Source of the DNA: Candidatus Omnitrophota bacterium
Lineage (GTDB): Bacteria; Omnitrophota; Gorgyraeia; Zapsychrales; JANLHA01
Assembly: GCA_023247795.1 (NCBI GenBank)
Contig: JAHFFT010000009.1
Span: 578 to 64,577 of the forward strand
Length of the DNA: 64,000 nucleotides
Reading direction: 5' to 3'
The notes under the pieces were generated by a model, which saw only the letters and a program-made list of their open reading frames with translations, did not search any database and was not told the DNA's origin. A program made the position numbers and the translations under genes. Positions 57,019 through 64,000 of the stretch are shown in pieces (the first letter of the stretch is position 1; each line of letters opens with the position of its first letter).

Positions 57019-59541
57019 ATGAAACACCCAAATGAAATTTTAAAAATGACCGTCTTAATTTTCGCGCTCATTTTAGCATTTTCTAAAACACCGCTGGTGT
57101 ATGCCCAGAACCTCCCCAATCCCACCAATTCCGACAAAGCCGAGCAAGAATTGTTCATCGTGGCCCAACGTTCTTTCGACGACGGGTTCTATGATGTGGC
57201 CAACCGCTACATCCAACAATTCCTCGCGAAATATCCCAAGAGTGAAAAACTCGTTCAAGCCAAATTGCTATTAGGGCAATGTTATTTTTTTCAAAGTCAA
57301 TACCTGAAGGCCTATGAAGTTTTTCAAAATCTGCTTTCCTTCTCGGAGTACAAGGACGCGACCCTGTACTGGTTAGGGGAAACTTATTTCAAGGGTGCCG
57401 ATTACAAACAGGCTCAATCCTATTACAGTCAAGTGATTGATGTCTACCCACAATCAGAATACCTTCCGCAAGCGACCTATGCCTTGGCCTGGAGTTATTT
57501 TGAACAAGGGAATTATAAGATCGCCAAACAAAATTTTTTAAAACTGATCAATGAATTTCCCGGCCACCAACTCAGCGAAGACGCTGCTTTCAAATTGGGC
57601 GAGTGCGAACAAAACCAGGGCAATTACAAGGTCGCGGCCAACCATTTCAAGGACTACATCATCAAATATCCCCACTCCAACCGCCATCCGCAGGCTTACT
57701 TTTATATCGGTGAAGGGTATTACTACGTCGAGGATTATCTGACCGCCATCACCTATTACGCGAAGGCCGCGGACATCAGTTACACCCCTGACTTAAACGT
57801 ATTGGCCAAGACCAGCATGGGCTGGTGCTATTTGAAATTGGGGAAACATGATCTCGCCCAAAAAGCATTTGAAGAGGCCAGATCGCTTGCTGACGAGAAA
57901 AAACTGCTCAGCGACGAAATTTATTTGGGACAGGCGACCCTTTTCTTGGAGATGGGGAACAATGAGTTGGCCCTTGCCAATTATTCGGCCTTGATTGAAA
58001 AATTCCCCAGCAGCCCGAGGGTGGCAGAGGCCCGTTTGGGCATGGCCAACATTTACTACTCATTAAAAAATTACGACAAGGCTGTCCGTGGTTATCAAGC
58101 GATCCTGTCCGAATTTCAAAATGATCCGAAATGGAGCGAGATCATTGAAAAAGCGACTTATGGGCTCGCCTGGACTTATTTGAAAGCCGGGAATGTTGAT
58201 TTGGCCGTTAAAAATTTTCAGGATATCATGAACAAAACCGACAGCAAAATTGTCAAGGTCAGCGCCTTGACCCAAATCGCCGATGCTTACCAAGAAACGG
58301 ATGAATTGGAAAAAGCGTTGAAAGTTTACGATCAAATTTTACGCGACTATCCTGACAGTTTATACACCGACTATGTCCAGTACCGTCAGGGGATCGCTTT
58401 ACTCAAACTCAATCGCGTCGAGGCGGCAACCCTTTCCTTCCAAACCATGCAAACCAATTTTCCGAAAAGCAAATATCTTGAAGACGTAAACTATTATCTC
58501 GCTCTTGCTTATTTTAAAAAAGAAGATTGGCGGCAAACGGTTGAAAAAGCCGAAGAGTATCTCAAACAATTGCCTTCCCACAAAACATTTGAAACAGAAT
58601 CGCAGTATATTTTAGGGCTGTCCCTCGTGGAACTCAAACAGTATCAAGAGGCTTTCACCACCTTTCAAAAACTCCTAAAGACTCCGGCCCTGCAGGACCC
58701 AATGTTGCGAAGCTCAGAACTGAATCTGGCCAAATGTTTCTATCACCTCGGTGATAAAAGGGAGGCCGTCAAAAGATTCAAATTGCTATTTCAACGTTAC
58801 CAAGACTCCGATACTGGCGAGGAGGCCTTGCTTTGGCTGGGAGATCATGAACTGAAAGAACAAAATTTTTCGAACGCCATTGAACATTATGAAAAATTTG
58901 TTCAGACCTACCCGGTGAGCCAAAAACTGCAAATCGTTTACTATGAACTTGGGGTCGCTTACCAGGCTGAAAAACAATGGGAAAAGGCCCTGCATTTTTA
59001 CCGATTGGTGGACGATCCATCGGCGAAAGAGATCTACGCTAAAGCCAAATTAGCCGCCGCTGATATCTTTTCTCAACAAACAGATGATGGGGAGGCCAGC
59101 CTTGAACGCTATCTAAAAATTGTCGACAGCAATCCGGATTATAAACGCGACGCCCTCGTAAAAATCGCCTCGATTTATTACAAACAACCGAACTACGAAA
59201 AGGCCGTGGATTTTTACCGTCAAGCCTTGACCGCGGAAAAAGGACTGAGCGAAATTTCAGACCCTGAGCTGGAATTCCACATTGGTGACGCCTTTGAATT
59301 GGGGAACCAAACAAAAGATGCGGTGGAGGCTTATCTAAGAATCCCCTATCTGCACGCGCAAGCCCAACCATGGTGCATCAAAGCCTATTTGCGGGTCGCC
59401 CGCATCTTCGAAGACCAGGAGCAATGGCAGGAAGCCAAAGGGATTTACCAAAAAGTCAGCCAATACCAAAGTAATGAAGCAAAATACGCGAACGAACGGA
59501 TTCAGTGGATCAATCAAAACGTTTTTCAAAAAGCAATTTAA
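57019..59541 (+). CDS. Exported tetratricopeptide-repeat protein (BamD/CpoB-like TPRs throughout)
   Basis: Signal peptide (VYA-Q); recurring A.Y.LG..Y....Y..A...F......YP.S repeats over 840 aa. Confidence 0.9.
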   Translation: MKHPNEILKMTVLIFALILAFSKTPLVYAQNLPNPTNSDKAEQELFIVAQRSFDDGFYDVANRYIQQFLAKYPKSEKLVQAKLLLGQCYFFQSQYLKAYEVFQNLLSFSEYKDATLYWLGETYFKGADYKQAQSYYSQVIDVYPQSEYLPQATYALAWSYFEQGNYKIAKQNFLKLINEFPGHQLSEDAAFKLGECEQNQGNYKVAANHFKDYIIKYPHSNRHPQAYFYIGEGYYYVEDYLTAITYYAKAADISYTPDLNVLAKTSMGWCYLKLGKHDLAQKAFEEARSLADEKKLLSDEIYLGQATLFLEMGNNELALANYSALIEKFPSSPRVAEARLGMANIYYSLKNYDKAVRGYQAILSEFQNDPKWSEIIEKATYGLAWTYLKAGNVDLAVKNFQDIMNKTDSKIVKVSALTQIADAYQETDELEKALKVYDQILRDYPDSLYTDYVQYRQGIALLKLNRVEAATLSFQTMQTNFPKSKYLEDVNYYLALAYFKKEDWRQTVEKAEEYLKQLPSHKTFETESQYILGLSLVELKQYQEAFTTFQKLLKTPALQDPMLRSSELNLAKCFYHLGDKREAVKRFKLLFQRYQDSDTGEEALLWLGDHELKEQNFSNAIEHYEKFVQTYPVSQKLQIVYYELGVAYQAEKQWEKALHFYRLVDDPSAKEIYAKAKLAAADIFSQQTDDGEASLERYLKIVDSNPDYKRDALVKIASIYYKQPNYEKAVDFYRQALTAEKGLSEISDPELEFHIGDAFELGNQTKDAVEAYLRIPYLHAQAQPWCIKAYLRVARIFEDQEQWQEAKGIYQKVSQYQSNEAKYANERIQWINQNVFQKAI

Positions 59542-59553
59542 CGGGAGGGCGCA

Positions 59554-60198
59554 ATGGAATTAGGACAGCTGAATGCCTGGCAATTGATCATGAAAGGAGG
59601 ACCTATCATGGTCCCGCTGCTTCTCTGCTCGATCATTGGCTTAGCCGTCGTTATCGCAAAGCTCATCTATTTTACGAGCATCGCAACGAACACCCAAGCA
59701 CTCCGCCAAGAGGTCTTCGCGTTCCTCAAAAATAACCGCATCCGCGAGTCCATCGAGACTTGTGAAAAAAGTCCGTCACCGGTAGCCAAAATTCTTCTGG
59801 CGGGGATTCTTAAACTCGGCGACACACGGGAAAATATCAGTCAAGCCATGGAAGACGCGAGCCTCTTTGCCGTCCCTGAGCTTGAAAAACGAATCAACAT
59901 CCTTTCAACGATCACGCACCTGGCCCCTCTGCTGGGACTGCTCGGCACCGTGACTGGTCTTACAAACACTTTCCACGCGATCCAAACGCGTGCCGCAACC
60001 ATGAATCCAATGTCTCCGGGAGATTTGGCTGGCGGGATCTGGGAGGCCCTACTGACCACTGTTGCCGGACTCGTGATTGCTGTCTGCGCCTTTATCACTT
60101 ACAACTACCTTTTGTCCCGGGTGAATCATTTTATTATCGATATGGAAAGAGCGGGCAGCGAACTTCTAAATTTACTAACACAAGTCTCATCATCATAG
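59554..60198 (+). CDS. MotA/TolQ/ExbB proton channel protein
   Basis: GGPIM.PL, APLLGLLGTVTG, GGIWEALLTTVAGL. Confidence 0.93.
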   Translation: MELGQLNAWQLIMKGGPIMVPLLLCSIIGLAVVIAKLIYFTSIATNTQALRQEVFAFLKNNRIRESIETCEKSPSPVAKILLAGILKLGDTRENISQAMEDASLFAVPELEKRINILSTITHLAPLLGLLGTVTGLTNTFHAIQTRAATMNPMSPGDLAGGIWEALLTTVAGLVIAVCAFITYNYLLSRVNHFIIDMERAGSELLNLLTQVSSS

Positions 60199-60231
60199 AC
60201 GCGATTTAAAAACACTCAAATCCTCAATGTC

Positions 60232-60642
60232 ATGGTTCTAAAATTCAAACGAAACCTTGTCAAATCACCCACGAGCTATGAATTGAGTTTCACACCGTTG
60301 ATTGCGGTGATCTTTCTCATTCTCGTTCTTTTTATGTTGTCATCGTCATTGACTTTTCAAAAGGGGATTGAAGTCAAACTTCCCAAGGCGGTGACCAGCG
60401 ACACCTTACAAGAAAAAAATTCGGTGGTCTCGATCACCAGTGAAAATGTGATTTATCTAAACAAATCCGTTATGACGATCAAAGAATTGGAAAAAATCCT
60501 AAAAAACCCGAAGTTGCAATCGCGCCCCCTGCTCATCAAAGCCGACCGTCGCGCCTCGGTAGGGAGGGTCGTTGATATCTGGGATCTCTGCCGCAAACTG
60601 GGGATCGAAAAATTGAATATCGCGACCAACCAAGAAAATTGA
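60232..60642 (+). CDS. ExbD/TolR family protein with the conserved TM Asp replaced by Ala
   Basis: TPLIAVIFLILVLFML, VKLPKA, LIKADR, KLNIAT. Confidence 0.88.
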   Translation: MVLKFKRNLVKSPTSYELSFTPLIAVIFLILVLFMLSSSLTFQKGIEVKLPKAVTSDTLQEKNSVVSITSENVIYLNKSVMTIKELEKILKNPKLQSRPLLIKADRRASVGRVVDIWDLCRKLGIEKLNIATNQEN

Positions 60643-61082
60643 TGAAACTCCGTCAGCTGCCCACGCTCCATATTTCTTTTATCGCTTTTTTACTCTCGGC
60701 ATTTTTGCACATATCCGTTTTAATTTTTAAAATTTCATTTTCAACAATTCCAAGCGAGACAAAGCCGACTCTCATTTTTCTTGGATCGATTCTGAATCAA
60801 AAAAACTTATTTGAACAAAACCCACTCTTGTTAAGAGAAAACAGTCACTCCCAAAATGAGCGGATTCCCGTCAGCAATAACGAGAGCGTGTTTCACCCGC
60901 AAAGGACCTCCGGGATCAAAAAGCCTTTCTATTCTAAAGACATTCAGAAGATCGATAAAAGCAGTTCAAAAATACTTTTTCCCTTGCCTCAGCAAAAAGA
61001 GCAATCACCGTCGGAACTTGGAATTGACGCGAACCCTCAACCCTATCAACCTTTAAAATTGCCGGGATCTCATGACCATTGA
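60642..61082 (+). CDS. Short TonB/TolA-like single-pass protein
   Basis: TM FLLSAFLH (S-x3-H), Pro/Ser/Gln-rich periplasmic part, no recognisable TonB C-domain; translationally coupled to exbD. Confidence 0.6.
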   Translation: MKLRQLPTLHISFIAFLLSAFLHISVLIFKISFSTIPSETKPTLIFLGSILNQKNLFEQNPLLLRENSHSQNERIPVSNNESVFHPQRTSGIKKPFYSKDIQKIDKSSSKILFPLPQQKEQSPSELGIDANPQPYQPLKLPGSHDH

Positions 61083-61299
61083 ATTTTCAACCCTCGTGTC
61101 GTTTTTAATTCTTTTACCTCTCCTCCTTGTCTTTCCGCATTGGCTATTCTATAATCAAAAGAGGGAGGCAGCCGCAAAGTTCGATATGCAGACGTTCGAG
61201 CAATGCCCCTATTGCAGTAGGGTCTTTTTCACGAATGAGAAAAAAGATATCTATAGCTGTCCGCATTGCCGCAGTCTCATAACCGCGGATAAAAAGTAG
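61072..61299 (+). CDS. Membrane-anchored zinc-ribbon protein
   Basis: N-terminal TM; CPYC...CPHC. Confidence 0.75.
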   Translation: MTIEFSTLVSFLILLPLLLVFPHWLFYNQKREAAAKFDMQTFEQCPYCSRVFFTNEKKDIYSCPHCRSLITADKK

Positions 61300-61316
61300 G
61301 ACTGGAAGGGAAAAAA

Positions 61317-61688
61317 ATGACCAATCCAAAATTTTTTTGTAACCGTTCGGGAATGGTTATGGTGATGGTGATCATGTTGACGCTTGTCTTTGCCATCATC
61401 ATGATCGGCATCCTTTCACTGAACGTCAGCCGGGTCAAAACCGGTCAGAGTTTGGTCGATAGCATCAAAGCTGAGCAACTGGCCGCGGGAGTCATGTATC
61501 GACAAATGCAGCTGCAGATGGATCAATGCCAGCTTTGCCCAATCCCCGGTGATTGCAGTTCCTGTCCGGCATTGGGATCTGAAAACATGGACAACCATGC
61601 CTTCGCTATCTCGGTCAGTAACCAAGGCGCCTCCGCCAATTCCAATCTTAACAACACCAACCAATACCAATTCAAAGTCGACTTTTAA
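61317..61688 (+). CDS. PilX/GspK-like minor pilin
   Basis: Class III signal ...NRSG|MVMVMVIML without Glu5; KAEQLAAG helix; Cys-rich loop. Confidence 0.7.
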   Translation: MTNPKFFCNRSGMVMVMVIMLTLVFAIIMIGILSLNVSRVKTGQSLVDSIKAEQLAAGVMYRQMQLQMDQCQLCPIPGDCSSCPALGSENMDNHAFAISVSNQGASANSNLNNTNQYQFKVDF

Positions 61689-61867
61689 TTGTTCCACCTC
61701 GAATTATTCGAATTATTCGATCTTAATTGACAAAGCACCCCTGGTATAGTTAAATTAAATTGCTGTTGAGTTGCACACAATTAACAAACAGATATGGCAG
61801 TCTCTCGACGTATATTTTTTAAATAACTAGTTTTACTACTTATGCCTATGTCAATATTACAATTTAG

Positions 61868-63376
61868 ATGTTGAAATTCGGGAAAAAGACAAAACTAGGC
61901 TTGTATTGGGGCAAGGAGTCCCTTTTCGTTGTCGCCGCTAAGAATGGCCTGGCGGAAAAAATCCTGTCGCTTTCCTTGCAAGAAGCTCTCCAATCACAAA
62001 AAGAAAAAACCCTTCCGGAAAAAATACTATTAGGGTCTTTTCTGTTAAGCAAGCTCGGCAATTTCAAATCCCAATCAAAATCGATCGGTCTTGCTCTTCC
62101 CGCCAACGATCTCATGGTCCGTTCTTTCACAATCCCCATAATGAAGAAGGAGGAGATAAAAAATGTTGTTGAGTTTGAAGCCATCAAATACATTCCTCTC
62201 AAACTCTCGGAATTGACCCATACTTTTCACACCATTCCGCTAACGGACGGGCAACAGAAAGGGTTACGCGTGCTTTTTGTTGCCATTAAGATGAATACGC
62301 TGCAAAGATACACTGGAACATTAGAACATGCCGAATTTGCTATTGAACGCATTGAACCTTCTTTTGTTAGCTTGGTTCGCGCCCTGAACAAAAAAGGACT
62401 GATCAATAAAAATCAACCCACCGCTGTCATTGAATTTGAAAAAGGTAAAAACAAAATCCTCATTCTCGATGAGGACGTCGTCCAACTTGTCCGTGAAATT
62501 CCCGCTCCCGATGAAGAATCAGAATTCACGTCAGCAAACAACAATCTGCTCAAAGACATCCGGGTTTCGCTTGATTTTTATAAACGACAAAACCCTAAAA
62601 GTGATATCAAAAATATTTTAGCGGTTTCGCAAATGTCCCTGAATGAATTGACAACCGGCATCGGCCGCGAGTTCGGATTTTCCAGTCAGTACATTTCAAC
62701 TTCGCAGCTCTTAAATATCAAGGAGACCGTTGATCTTGGATTCGTCTATGCCTATGGCCTGACCCTGGCGGAACAGGAAATCAGTACAAAAAATTTTGAA
62801 TTGTCCGGCCATCCGGCTCGCCTACAGCAGCAGCCCCAATATGCCCTGGCCGGAATCGCTTTGTTTGTCTGTGCGTGCTTTGCCATGCTCAGCGTTTATT
62901 TATCAAATCAAATGATTGTCGGCCATTGGGATCATCTCGCCCAACTGGAAAAAAGCCAGGGATCATTTGAAAAATCTTCGATCGAGGAAATTGAAAAAAA
63001 ACGAATGGAAAAATTGGGTGAATTTTATGCCTATCAGGATATCCGGCTGAAAAGCCAAATCAATGATGAGTTGACCCGAATTCCCAATCTTTTACCGCAA
63101 GGGACGTGGTTGACAAGCTGGGAGTTCGCTTACTACGACAAAAGCTACGAACAGGACAAGATCAATCGCCTAAATTCTCGTCTGCAAATGAACTTTGAAG
63201 GATACACTTACGCAAAAAACCCAAACGCTCAATTTCAAATCATTAACAACTGGCTGGCCCAACTTAAAAATGACGAACATTTCTCACGGCAATTTGACAC
63301 CATCGAATTGGGCTCCGTGCAACAGGAAAATCTGGGAGAATATCCAGTAACGAAATTCAAAATCTCTTGCCGATGA
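61868..63376 (+). CDS. PilM-PilN-like fusion (type IV pilus/T2SS alignment complex)
   Basis: Actin-like PilM features (EFEAIKYIP, VLFVA, IRVSLDFY), one TM, then PilN-like LPQGTWL...FEGY...FKISC. Confidence 0.78.
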   Translation: MLKFGKKTKLGLYWGKESLFVVAAKNGLAEKILSLSLQEALQSQKEKTLPEKILLGSFLLSKLGNFKSQSKSIGLALPANDLMVRSFTIPIMKKEEIKNVVEFEAIKYIPLKLSELTHTFHTIPLTDGQQKGLRVLFVAIKMNTLQRYTGTLEHAEFAIERIEPSFVSLVRALNKKGLINKNQPTAVIEFEKGKNKILILDEDVVQLVREIPAPDEESEFTSANNNLLKDIRVSLDFYKRQNPKSDIKNILAVSQMSLNELTTGIGREFGFSSQYISTSQLLNIKETVDLGFVYAYGLTLAEQEISTKNFELSGHPARLQQQPQYALAGIALFVCACFAMLSVYLSNQMIVGHWDHLAQLEKSQGSFEKSSIEEIEKKRMEKLGEFYAYQDIRLKSQINDELTRIPNLLPQGTWLTSWEFAYYDKSYEQDKINRLNSRLQMNFEGYTYAKNPNAQFQIINNWLAQLKNDEHFSRQFDTIELGSVQQENLGEYPVTKFKISCR

Positions 63377-64000
63377 AAAAACCCGCCATGGACATCATCA
63401 AAAAATTACAAAATTTGGACCTCAACGACCTGAAAAATATTGACCTCAAAGAGATCAATTACGAAAAAATCCTCACCTTTTTCAAAACGCATCTTGATAA
63501 AACCATTGTCGCGGCATCCGTTTTAGCAACTCTGTTTTTTTCCTTTCAATATTTTATCAAAAAACACGCTGAAATCACGACGGTCAGCAATCAAATCACC
63601 CAACTCGAAAAAAAAATCGCCGCCATCAAAGAATACGACGCTGTTGACAAAAAAAACAATGACTTTCTCAATCTGATTCCTCCCACCGTCAACGATGAAG
63701 ATTTCATGAACAAATTGACCGATTTCGCGGACAAACGCAATATCCAAATCAAGTCCTTTGCCCCGACCAAACGCCAAGAGATGAAACTTTATGACGCCAG
63801 CTCCCTCAATTTGAACGTTACGATCCAAGACTATAAAAACTTGTGGCTTTTTATTCATGACATTGAAACATCCCCTTTAAACATTCGAATTGATTTGCTG
63901 ACCTGCCGCGTCGGGCCCGGGGGGGGAAACAGGCGATCTCAGCCAGAGGTCCCGATGGAAAACGAAATCAAAAACCCCATTGATGTTCAATTGGGAATTT
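63373..64000 (+). CDS. PilO/GspM-like protein (partial, runs off the window; not in ORF track)
   Basis: ATG overlaps the upstream stop; TM, coiled coil, then FMNKLTDFADKRNIQIKSFAP...DYKNLWLFIHDIETSP. Confidence 0.75.
   Translation, partial: MKKPAMDIIKKLQNLDLNDLKNIDLKEINYEKILTFFKTHLDKTIVAASVLATLFFSFQYFIKKHAEITTVSNQITQLEKKIAAIKEYDAVDKKNNDFLNLIPPTVNDEDFMNKLTDFADKRNIQIKSFAPTKRQEMKLYDASSLNLNVTIQDYKNLWLFIHDIETSPLNIRIDLLTCRVGPGGGNRRSQPEVPMENEIKNPIDVQLGI

Noticed and set aside
1-64000. tRNA, rRNA or prophage genes
   Set aside because: No intergenic space with a cloverleaf or rRNA signature and no phage hallmark genes seen; a tRNAscan/Infernal run would be needed to exclude small RNAs.

Overview
64-kb bacterial chromosomal window, mostly housekeeping genes. 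The lineage is probably Ca. Omnitrophota (PVC superphylum); this is inferred from recollection of the 1281-aa secreted protein with 'PRKYFSGG' and 'KGGIDLNP' motifs and was not checked against a database. The first ~3.4 kb is an accessory patch: an ISL3 element whose transposase is split by a -1 frameshift at an A8 tract, an interrupted gene, RhuM and HEPN remnants, and a small-protein/nucleotidyltransferase TA-like pair with twin palindromic operators. After that come miaB, nadA, a modular secreted protein (zinc-peptidase and TrmB-like cargo), metXW, a tautomerase missing from the ORF track, two CDGSH proteins, lhgO, an nfu-pcd-rrf2-sufBCDS-moaA operon, ispH-fdx-moaE/moeB-murB divergent from ispG, pterin genes, fabG-acpP-fabF, leuB-asd-truA, rplM-rpsI, a complete arg plus DapL-type lys cluster, a folK-panC fusion, nadX, a basic repeat protein and uvrA. 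The window ends in a TPR-ExbB-ExbD-TonB-like cluster next to type IV pilus/T2SS genes, where ExbD lacks the essential Asp. I saw no rRNA, tRNA or CRISPR array. All calls come from motif recognition without database searches.
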